Shown here: in pieces, positions 1 to 6,905 of the stretch
Layout: the number at the start of each line of letters is the position of its first letter
How positions within the stretch are numbered: the first letter of the stretch is position 1
NCBI GenBank assembly: GCA_035529015.1
Contig: DATKXP010000605.1
Span: 10,361 to 34,360 of the forward strand
Length of the DNA stretch: 24,000 bases
DNA from: Phycisphaerae bacterium
GTDB taxonomy: Bacteria; Planctomycetota; Phycisphaerae; FEN-1346
Reading direction: 5' to 3'
The notes under the pieces: model-generated
Database searches by the model: none
The model's input: the letters and a program-made list of their open reading frames with translations, nothing else
Told to the model about the DNA's origin: nothing
Translations under genes and position numbers: made by a program

Positions 1-973
1 AGCGGTTGTCGAGAATACGGATGACCGCCTTCTCTCCCTGGGTGGTCGGCAGGATGTTGACGCGGAAATCCACGTACCGATTGCGAACGATGGCGCGGAT
101 GCGGCCGTCCTGCGGCAGGCGCCGCTCCGAGATGTCGAGGTTCGACATGATCTTCAGACGCGAGACCAGGGCCGCGTGCATCGTCTGGGGAGGCGACATG
201 ACCTCGAACAGGACGCCGTCGATCCGGTACCGGACGCGCATCTTCTTCTCGCCCGGCTCGATATGAATGTCGCTGGCGCCTTCCTTGACGGCGTTACAGA
301 TGAGGTAGTTGGCCAGCCGCACCACGGGCGATTCGCCCGCCACTCTGGCCAGGTCTGCGGTCTCTTCCTCATCGTCATCGAGGACCTCGACGGCGTCGTC
401 GGCGATGTCGCGGATCAGGTCGTCGAGGCGGAACTCCTCCGGGCCGCCCAGAAGATCGTCAATCGCTTTGGTGAGTTCCGCGATGGTCGTCACGGCGAGT
501 TTCACGCGACCGTCAACCCGGCGGCGGACCTCGTCCAGCATGAACACGTTTGCCGGGTCCGACGTGGCCACCGTCACGGTGTTGTTCTCATAGTCGGCGT
601 CGATGACCAGCACTTTGTGATAGCGGCAGAAGTCGGGCGGCAGCACGTCGCGGACTCTGGCGGGGATATCCAGTTGGCTGACGTGGACGAAGTCGAGATG
701 GTATTCGGCGGCCAGGCACGCCATGACGTCGGTTTCCTTGGCGTAGCCCTTCCGGATGAGGACCTGACCCAACCGCTCGCCGGGACTCGACTTCTGCAGT
801 GCGAGACACTCTTCGAGTTGCGCACGCGTCAACACGCCGCGCTCGACCAGGTAGTCGCCCATGCGAAAGCCTTGGCCGGACGGCTTCTCGGGCGTGGTTG
901 CGTGGCCCGGACGCTGCGCGTCCGGCTCCAGGTCAGCTACGGCCGTATCGACGGTTGTCTGGTCGCCGGTCAT
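1..973 (-). CDS. pilB: Type IV pilus / T2SS-family assembly ATPase (PilB/GspE-like). About 324 N-terminal codons are present; the C-terminal part lies beyond the window start.
   Basis: The ORF is open at the window edge, so it is absent from the ORF track. My translation of the minus strand starts at the ATG that is the complement of 971-973. It reads MTGDQTTVDTAV...FRMGDYLVERGVLTRAQLEECLALQKSSPGERLGQVLIRKGYAKETDVMACLAAEYHLDFV, a T2SSE_N/MshEN-type N-domain. It continues ...ESPVVRLANYLICNAVKEGASDIHIEPGEKKMRVRYRIDGVLFEV...LVSRLKIMSNLDISERRLPQDGRI, the typical GspE/PilB N2-domain signature. The Walker boxes would lie outside the window. Confidence 0.88.
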   Translation of the reverse strand, partial: MTGDQTTVDTAVADLEPDAQRPGHATTPEKPSGQGFRMGDYLVERGVLTRAQLEECLALQKSSPGERLGQVLIRKGYAKETDVMACLAAEYHLDFVHVSQLDIPARVRDVLPPDFCRYHKVLVIDADYENNTVTVATSDPANVFMLDEVRRRVDGRVKLAVTTIAELTKAIDDLLGGPEEFRLDDLIRDIADDAVEVLDDDEEETADLARVAGESPVVRLANYLICNAVKEGASDIHIEPGEKKMRVRYRIDGVLFEVMSPPQTMHAALVSRLKIMSNLDISERRLPQDGRIRAIVRNRYVDFRVNILPTTQGEKAVIRILDNR

Positions 974-982
974 TCCCTGTCC

Positions 983-1681
983 TTAGCCGCCGTTGGTCTC
1001 CGGCCTCAGCCGAAGCCTCACGGTTTCCCCCTCGAACGACAATGTCACACAATCGGAGGCGATCGCGTCGACGCACAGGCCCTGAACCGTGTCGCCGACA
1101 CGATACAGTTTTCCACCGACGATGGCTTTGGGCTCGTTGCCGACGATGAGGATGGAGCCGACCTTCAGCGCGCGGGCGGCCTGAAGCACCTGGTTGCGGC
1201 GCGCCTCGGCCTTCGCCTCTTCATCGGCCTGGGCATCCTCCAGTACCTTCTGCTCCGGTTTGTCCTGGACGACGGTGAACGGATTGACGCGAAGCCCGCT
1301 AAGCGGTACCTGCCGCATCTGAACGTACGTGTCAAACGTGTTGACGATCTTCTCGACGCGGTCTACCGACAGCGTATCCTCGCCCCGGGTCTGCGGGCCG
1401 GCTTCGAGCCGGGCCAGAACGCTCTCGACGTTCGTCGCGCCGGCCGGCGCGCTGGTGGCAACCGGCGATGGCACCGACACCGCTACCGCCTGCTTCGGAC
1501 CGCTACCGCCCAGGAACTGGTAGGCGGCCACGCCGCCCCCGGCAACCAGAAGAACCGCAAGGATCAAGACCTTCTTCTTGTCGGCGAAGCCGGCTTTGGC
1601 CGCAGCGCCCTTGGGCACGGCCTCGATGCCCTTGTCCCCTATACGGAACCGCTCGGCTTGTTCGTCGGATGGTTGCGTCAT
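983..1681 (-). CDS. PilP-like / GspC-like pilus alignment-complex protein (membrane-anchored, function putative)
   Basis: ORF 983..1939 is trimmed to the internal ATG at 1681, which sits 2 nt after the pilO stop (TAAACATG). It has one TM (VLILAVLLVAGGGVAAYQFL), an Ala/Pro-rich linker and an acidic coil. The C-terminal beta-rich module ILIVGNEPKAIVGGKLYRVGDTVQGLCVDAIASDCVTLSFEGETVRLRL resembles the PilP / GspC HR-domain pattern. The gene occupies the pilP slot after pilO. The call rests on architecture and synteny only. Confidence 0.55.
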   Translation of the reverse strand: MTQPSDEQAERFRIGDKGIEAVPKGAAAKAGFADKKKVLILAVLLVAGGGVAAYQFLGGSGPKQAVAVSVPSPVATSAPAGATNVESVLARLEAGPQTRGEDTLSVDRVEKIVNTFDTYVQMRQVPLSGLRVNPFTVVQDKPEQKVLEDAQADEEAKAEARRNQVLQAARALKVGSILIVGNEPKAIVGGKLYRVGDTVQGLCVDAIASDCVTLSFEGETVRLRLRPETNGG

Positions 1682-1683
1682 GT

Positions 1684-2211
1684 TTATTTCTCGAAGAAGA
1701 TGTCCATGAGAAGGTCCACCTGGACAAGGCCCTCCGTCATCGGAGATTTCGTGACCTGCATCTGGCGGACCTTGGTCAGGCGTGGGAGGCGTTCCAGGCC
1801 CAACAGAAATTCGTAGAAACTCCCGAACGGCCCCTCCAGCGAGAGCGTGATCGGCAGGGAATTGTACCGCGGCATGGTTTCGGGCGCATTGGTCCGCACG
1901 CTGCGTGGCGTCATGGATTTCGACTCGGCGATCAACCACACTTCCCGCAGGATGACGTCGATCTCACGCTCCTCCGGCAGCCGGTCCTCGAAAAAGGCCA
2001 GCGCCTCTTCGAGCCGTTCGATCTCTTTCGTAAGGTTGTTGATTCGGGCAGCCACACGCTGAAGTTTCACAAGTTGCGCCCGCCGGTCCTGGATGGCGAT
2101 GCGGTCGGCCTCGGTTCGGCGCAGGACCGGCACGACGACCACAACGGCCATCACGGCCGCGACCACGACCAGACCCAGGACCGTCAGCAGAATCCGGATC
2201 GGACCCCTCAT
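1684..2211 (-). CDS. pilO: Type IV pilus assembly protein PilO
   Basis: 175 aa. It has an N-terminal TM (ILLTVLGLVVVAAVMAVVVVV), a coiled-coil segment (RRAQLVKLQRVAARINNLTKEIERLEEAL) and a C-terminal domain with ITLSLEGPFGSFYEFLLGLERLPRLTKV, typical of PilO. Its ATG overlaps the pilN stop (ATGA at 2208-2211). Confidence 0.8.
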   Translation of the reverse strand: MRGPIRILLTVLGLVVVAAVMAVVVVVPVLRRTEADRIAIQDRRAQLVKLQRVAARINNLTKEIERLEEALAFFEDRLPEEREIDVILREVWLIAESKSMTPRSVRTNAPETMPRYNSLPITLSLEGPFGSFYEFLLGLERLPRLTKVRQMQVTKSPMTEGLVQVDLLMDIFFEK

Positions 2212-2936
2212 AAATTCCCTTTCGTGTCGGTCGGCGATGAGTCGGCCACCCCCGCCGGCTCGTCACCGAGCGATTCCAGGACCTTCTCGGCATCCTCACT
2301 CAACAGCAGCGACATCTGAAACCGCCGCATCGTCACGCCTTCCTTATACGGAAACTCCTCCGAAAACTGGAGGTCCACGGCCTCGAAGAGGGGATCGGTG
2401 TGGAGCCGAGAGATGTACTCCGCCACTTGCACGTCCGTCTCCGCAAGACCGTCCAGTCGGAACCGCAGCCGCGTGATTCGGGCGACGCCGGGCTGGTTCT
2501 TGCCGCGCGCGCCCCGGGGCTTCTTGCCCCCCGCGGCACCGTCGGCGGGATCATCCACCTTCACTTTCGTCTCTTCCAGTTGCATGGTCATCGACGTCAG
2601 GCTGGTGTGCTCCGGCAGGTGATTGGTCAGTCGTGCCAGAACGTGACTTCGAGGAACGCGCTCGAGCAGGGCCGTGCTCAACTCGACCTTGTGGAGGAGG
2701 CCGACTTTACGCGCTTCGAGTTGCTTCAAGTCCTCGATCTGACGACTGGCCTCCTGGTACTGAACCTCCGTGAGAAGACGCACCCCCGCGATCCCCCACG
2801 ACCGAACCAGCACGAAGGCAACGACCGCACCGAGGAGCACAAGTGTGCCGGCGGCGATGCCAACGCACATCCAGTTGGCCCGGCGAAGGCCGCGCCGCTG
2901 CAGGTAGTCGTCCGGAAGGAAATTCGTGACTCGCAT
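2208..2936 (-). CDS. pilN: Type IV pilus assembly protein PilN
   Basis: 242 aa. The N-terminus VTNFLPDDYLQRR matches the conserved PilN 'NLLP' PilM-binding peptide pattern. It is followed by one TM (WMCVGIAAGTLVLLGAVVAFVLV) and a coiled coil (QYQEASRQIEDLKQLEARK). The gene lies between pilM and pilO. Confidence 0.8.
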   Translation of the reverse strand: MRVTNFLPDDYLQRRGLRRANWMCVGIAAGTLVLLGAVVAFVLVRSWGIAGVRLLTEVQYQEASRQIEDLKQLEARKVGLLHKVELSTALLERVPRSHVLARLTNHLPEHTSLTSMTMQLEETKVKVDDPADGAAGGKKPRGARGKNQPGVARITRLRFRLDGLAETDVQVAEYISRLHTDPLFEAVDLQFSEEFPYKEGVTMRRFQMSLLLSEDAEKVLESLGDEPAGVADSSPTDTKGNL

Positions 2937-2951
2937 GATGCGGTCCTTAAT

Positions 2952-4073
2952 TCACTGGGCGCCGAACAGGCTCAGGCCTATCGCGACGGCCATCTCCGGT
3001 TCGGTCGTTTCCGAGTCGGTCTTGCCCGTAACGGTGCCGAACGGGTCGCCCACCTCGCACGGCAGGTGCAGCCGGCCGCTCAGGACTCGGACCAGCGCGC
3101 GGTCTCTGGCGCCGGGCCCGACGAAGTACAGCCTGTCCACTCCCGCACCCCGCGTCAGCGACGCGTGGTACCGGACACACGACTCGACCTGGTCGACGAG
3201 ATAATCGAGGCGCGATCGGCTGCGGCTGTACACCTCGACCGCCTCATCCAACATCTCCGGCCCCTGCGATTGATGCCACCTCTCGATTAGTTCGGCAGCC
3301 TCTTCGAGCGACAGGCCCTTGACCTTGGCCACGGCCTCCACCAGGCCGTCCGTTCCTTGCTCGACTCCCTTGACGAACGTCGTTTCCTGGCCTTGCAGGA
3401 TCGCCACGTGTGTGGCCCGTGGGCCCAGGTAGACGACCATGACACAAGGGGGGCCGCTCTGGCTGGGCTCGGAGTGAGTGGCGGCGTACGCGTAACTGTA
3501 GCACATGGCACACGGCTCCACGCCCACGCCTATCACGCGGAATCCCAGACGCGTCATCGCCGATACGTGTTTCTCCACAACCTGGCGGGGTGCCGCCAGA
3601 ACGAGAACATCATGCTTGGTCTCGTTGTTCTCGGAGACGGTGCCGGCCACAATATGACGAACGACCGCATCGTTCGGGCTAAAGGGCAGTCTGCCTTCGA
3701 GTTCGTAGGGCAGGGCGGCTTTCAGTTCCGCCGGTTGCATCGGTTGCATCCGGACGTGCTGGATAACCAGGTGTTCCTGCGGCAGACTGATGACCACGTC
3801 CCTGCCGTGAAAACCGTCCGTTGTGACCTTCTGGCGGACGAACTGCCGCCCTTGAGTGTAGGCCGTCTCGTCTTCCGCATTGGCGTCCGTGCCGCCCGCG
3901 TCCGCGCCCGCTGCCACCACCCGGGCAACCATCTCCGCTGAGGTGGACAACTGGCAACTGGCTTTCGAGACCACCCGGACGCCCTTGTTGTTCTGCTCCA
4001 ACTGGGCCATATAGACGGCGTCCGAGTTCAGGTGAACGCCGATTGGCAAGACGTTGCGTCTGACCTGTGCCAT
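2952..4073 (-). CDS. pilM: Type IV pilus assembly protein PilM (actin-like ATPase fold)
   Basis: ORF 2952..4220 is trimmed to the ATG at 4073 (MAQVRRNVLPIGVHLNSDAVYMAQLEQ...), which has GAGGA 9 nt upstream. The length (373 aa) and pattern (IGVHL..., VISLPQEHLVIQHVRMQPM, LEGRLPFSPNDAVV, VLVLAAPRQVVEKHVSAMTRLG, FVGPGA) fit PilM/FtsA-like proteins. It is the first gene of the pilMNO set. The upstream start at 4220 cannot be excluded. Confidence 0.82.
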   Translation of the reverse strand: MAQVRRNVLPIGVHLNSDAVYMAQLEQNNKGVRVVSKASCQLSTSAEMVARVVAAGADAGGTDANAEDETAYTQGRQFVRQKVTTDGFHGRDVVISLPQEHLVIQHVRMQPMQPAELKAALPYELEGRLPFSPNDAVVRHIVAGTVSENNETKHDVLVLAAPRQVVEKHVSAMTRLGFRVIGVGVEPCAMCYSYAYAATHSEPSQSGPPCVMVVYLGPRATHVAILQGQETTFVKGVEQGTDGLVEAVAKVKGLSLEEAAELIERWHQSQGPEMLDEAVEVYSRSRSRLDYLVDQVESCVRYHASLTRGAGVDRLYFVGPGARDRALVRVLSGRLHLPCEVGDPFGTVTGKTDSETTEPEMAVAIGLSLFGAQ

Positions 4074-4670
4074 GGCCCATTCCTCACTGTAGGCAGCAGT
4101 CGTCGTCCCCCAATCGAGGGGGAATCCTTCCTTCTTAAAGGGTACGTCTACCGCGCGGCGGGTCAAACGGTCTGAGGGGCCTGCGTGCGCGAGCGCCGCC
4201 TGAGCGGAGGCGCTCGGCATAACCCATTACACCACAAGGCTTTATGCGCACGGCTTTGCTGTCTCGTGTAGGGGATGTTCTGCGCCCGCGCTGCAGGAAG
4301 ATGCGCGGCACCGCCTGAATATGCGTGTTTTTCTGCTGCCGGCCCTTGAGGGCCGATAACATTGCCGACCGGGTGCGTGCCGGCAAGGGCAAACGACCGC
4401 ACAGAAAACGCTCTCGGCGGCGTCGGCCACGCCTTTCATCGGCACCCATCGGCCACGGCCTTCAATGATTCGTTGCGGCCCAGGAAGACCGCTTGGGACG
4501 TGCAAAGTCGCCCGTCGTCAAAGACAGAACGCGGTGCGGCATGACCTCGTCCGGGCCGTTTTGCCAACTTCTCAGGAAACGGCAAAATTGTGTTGATTGC
4601 CCCCGTGCCGTGTGCTAGGGTCCGACGTGTCGTGGGAGAACCGCGTCCCCTTTCTCGGAGGACCGTACTC

Positions 4671-5207
4671 ATGGAAGCCAAACTCCACCTCATCAAAGGA
4701 AATCCCAAGGGGAAGCAGGTGGAAATACCTTCCGGCACGCTCACCGTCGGGCGCGCCGAGGATAGCGATCTAATCATTGCATCAACACGCGTCTCACGCC
4801 ATCACTGCGAGATCGTCAGCGAAGGGGGCAAACTCACCATCCGCGACAAAGGAAGCGGAAACGGCACCTTCGTCAACGGCGCCAAGATCGAGGAACAGGC
4901 CCTTGACGCCGGCGACGAGGTCCGCATCGGACCCCTCACGTTTGTCCTTGAGATCGACGGCGTCCGCGACAAGCCCGCCAAACCTGCTGCTCGCCAGAAG
5001 CCCGCACCCGCCCCCAAACCGAAGGCGCCCAAACCGAAAGCAGCCAGGCCCAAGGCACCCGTCCCGGCGCCCAAGCCCAGAGGCAGCAAAGACGACATCC
5101 TCGCCAGCCTCGAACGGCTCGCCGGCGGTGGCGACGCCGGTGGCGACGACGCCTCAGAGAAAGACGACGTCCTCGAAATCTCCGACGATGACCTCCTCGA
5201 CGACTGA
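4671..5207 (+). CDS. FHA-domain protein with a Lys/Pro/Ala-rich linker and an acidic C-terminal tail
   Basis: ORF 4590..5207 is trimmed to the ATG at 4671, which has GGAGGA 8 nt upstream. FHA signature: GTLTVGRAEDSDLIIASTRVSRHHCEIVSEGGKLTIRDKGSGNGTFVNGAKI. This is followed by KPAKPAARQKPAPAPKPKAPKPKAARPKAPVPAPKP and the tail DDVLEISDDDLLDD. Confidence 0.85.
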   Translation: MEAKLHLIKGNPKGKQVEIPSGTLTVGRAEDSDLIIASTRVSRHHCEIVSEGGKLTIRDKGSGNGTFVNGAKIEEQALDAGDEVRIGPLTFVLEIDGVRDKPAKPAARQKPAPAPKPKAPKPKAARPKAPVPAPKPRGSKDDILASLERLAGGGDAGGDDASEKDDVLEISDDDLLDD

Positions 5208-5638
5208 GCCTGCAACCGCGCCTCGAATGCTCACGCCCGAGCACGACGGATCGGGAAACCCGCCGCGCCACAACTCGGTCTGAGCCACCTGAGAACGTTC
5301 TGCCACGCCCATCCATCTGGTCCCAATAAGCCCCCCCCGTGCCGCCCTCGGCCCTCTCGCGCAACATAACATGCATTATCGGACGTTGGGCCTGCCGCCT
5401 GCAAGAAGGCCTGTTTTCACGCTTTCGCGTCCAGGCGCCTCAAGGACCCTACGGCGCAGGAGCAATGCTCAACGCCACTATCATGTCGAGGCCCACTTGG
5501 GGACCGAACCATCTGGCGGTGGCTTCCGTTGTTGCTCGGCTCGCATGGCGAGATGGTTCGCCTCGCTCAGCATGACAACGCAGACCACTTGCCGGAAGTG
5601 GTTGCCGTGCCCCGCCGCCGTCGTGTCGCACAAAAGCC

Positions 5639-5666
5639 TTGCCTTCTCGCGGCCGCTGCGTATACT
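5639..5666 (+). promoter_or_regulatory. Putative sigma70-type promoter for rpsU
   Basis: TTGCCT (5639-5644), a 16-nt spacer, then TATACT (5661-5666). This sits about 50 nt upstream of the rpsU ATG. Sequence pattern only. Confidence 0.35.
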
Positions 5667-5717
5667 GGGGCACGATACGTGTGGCAGAAGGCCGTGGAAA
5701 GGAGTGTCGCAACGACG

Positions 5718-5915
5718 ATGCTGAAGATTCGGTCGAGAGGCAATGAAACCGTCGAGCAGATGCTGAAGCGCTTCAAAAAACTGTGCGAGAAGGAAGGTCT
5801 CACCAAGGAGATCAAACGCAACAGCTACTACGAGAAGCCGAGCGAGCGGAAACGGCGGCAGTTGCGCAAGGCACAGCGGCAGACATTGCGGAAACAACGG
5901 GCCGGTCCCCGTTGA
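5718..5915 (+). CDS. rpsU: 30S ribosomal protein S21
   Basis: An internal ATG at 5718 in ORF 5529..5915 has GGAAAGGAG about 12 nt upstream. The 65-aa product MLKIRSRGNETVEQMLKRFKKLCEKEGLTKEIKRNSYYEKPSERKRRQLRKAQR matches the S21 pattern (..E..E.alrRFKk.c.k.G...e.r.r..YEKPS.krk). Confidence 0.9.
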   Translation: MLKIRSRGNETVEQMLKRFKKLCEKEGLTKEIKRNSYYEKPSERKRRQLRKAQRQTLRKQRAGPR

Positions 5916-5975
5916 CCCCCTGCCCTTTTCAGCAGCGGCGTCGGGGCCGCTGGGTCGGTCATCTGCGAGGCACGC

Positions 5976-6905
5976 ATGGAGCAGCCTCAGCCCGTTGTCA
6001 CCGAGGGTCTGACCAAGGTTTACAAGGATTTCTGGGGCCGACAGAAGGTCCACGCCCTGGTCGGCCTGAACCTGACGCTCCAACGCGGTGAAATCTTCGG
6101 GCTCCTCGGCCCGAACGGATCGGGCAAGAGCACCACCATCAAGTTGCTTCTGGGCCTGATCTTCCCCACGGCCGGCCGCGCACGCGTCCTGGGGTCCGTG
6201 CCGGGAACACCCGCCGCCAACCAGCGCATCGGGTACCTGCCCGAAGAGTCGTACCTCCACCGCTTCCTCACCGGCCAGGAGACGGTCGATTTCTACGGCC
6301 GCCTCTTTGGCCTCGATCGCAGGCAGCGGCGCCGACGGACGGCCGAACTCCTCGACCTGGTCGGCCTGGACCGGCGGGCACGATTCCGCCAACTCCGCGA
6401 GTACTCCAAGGGAATGAGCCGGCGCATCGGCCTGGCCCAGGCCCTCGTCAACGATCCCGAACTCCTCCTGCTCGACGAGCCGACAACGGGGCTCGACCCC
6501 ATCGGCACACGCGAAATGAAGGACCTCATCCTGCGACTCAAGGACCAGGGCAAGACCATTCTCCTCTCGTCCCATCTGCTGGCCGACGTCCGCGACGTCT
6601 GCGACCGCATCGGCATCCTTGCCCGGGGCAAACTGCGGGAACTCGGCCGCGTGGACGACCTCCTCATGCTGCGCGACGTGTTCCAGGTCCGGGCCACGGG
6701 CGTGACCGACGCGGCCCGCGAGGCCATCATGGGGGCCGTTCGCGACGCCGGCGCCCAGGTTGTCTCGGCCGAGCATCCGACCACGACGCTCGAGGAACTC
6801 TTCCTCCGGGTGATCCGCGCCGAAACCGAGCCTCAAACGGCCGCCGATCGCGATGCCGGCGGCGGCGTGCCGGACCAGCCCGCCCCACCCGAAGACCATG
6901 CCTAA
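5976..6905 (+). CDS. ABC transporter ATP-binding protein (ABC-2 / DrrA-NatA-like subfamily)
   Basis: Walker A GPNGSGKST, Q-loop region IGYLPEE, ABC signature YSKGMSRRIGLAQAL, Walker B LLLLDEPTTGLD, H-loop LSSHLL. There is a C-terminal extension of about 80 aa. Confidence 0.93.
   Translation: MEQPQPVVTEGLTKVYKDFWGRQKVHALVGLNLTLQRGEIFGLLGPNGSGKSTTIKLLLGLIFPTAGRARVLGSVPGTPAANQRIGYLPEESYLHRFLTGQETVDFYGRLFGLDRRQRRRRTAELLDLVGLDRRARFRQLREYSKGMSRRIGLAQALVNDPELLLLDEPTTGLDPIGTREMKDLILRLKDQGKTILLSSHLLADVRDVCDRIGILARGKLRELGRVDDLLMLRDVFQVRATGVTDAAREAIMGAVRDAGAQVVSAEHPTTTLEELFLRVIRAETEPQTAADRDAGGGVPDQPAPPEDHA

Noticed and set aside
176-1816. 546-aa plus-strand ORF spanning the pilB / pilP-like / pilO region
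   Set aside because: It is antisense to three genes that give recognisable PilB, PilP-like and PilO translations. Its own translation is R/G/A/V/D-rich with no motif. Long stop-free antisense frames are expected in GC-rich DNA with GC-biased third positions.
4074-4220. 49-codon N-terminal extension of pilM (start at 4220)
   Set aside because: The extension (MPSASAQAALAHAGPSDRLTRR...) has no PilM-like features. The ATG at 4073 has GAGGA at proper spacing and yields a typical short PilM N-terminus. The longer form is not excluded, since its third-position GC is still fairly high.
4135-4777. Minus-strand ORFs in the pilM-FHA intergenic region (4135..4449, 4163..4402, 4242..4505, 4436..4777)
   Set aside because: They are mutually overlapping and have Arg/Pro/Gly/Cys-rich translations without SD sequences. 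One of them overlaps the well-supported FHA start. The region is treated as non-coding divergent regulatory space. A weak plus-strand promoter candidate, TTGATT-17-TAGGGT at 4593-4621, was too poor to list as a feature.
4966-5090. Apparent repetitive DNA (aaaccgaag/cccaag...) as a tandem repeat
   Set aside because: It is in-frame low-complexity coding sequence for the Lys/Pro/Ala linker of the FHA protein. It is not a unit-length DNA tandem repeat.
5530-5575. GGTTCG-containing segment (gcgagatggttcgcctcgc) as a possible tRNA T-arm
   Set aside because: No acceptor, D or anticodon stems can be drawn around it, and the loop is not the T-psi-C consensus. It is only a 5-bp local hairpin.
5933-5952. 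Hairpin CAGCGGC-GTCGGG-GCCGCTG after rpsU as a terminator
   Set aside because: The stem is 7 bp with no downstream U-tract, and the ABC ATPase ATG follows 24 nt later. Read-through into the ABC genes seems as likely as termination.
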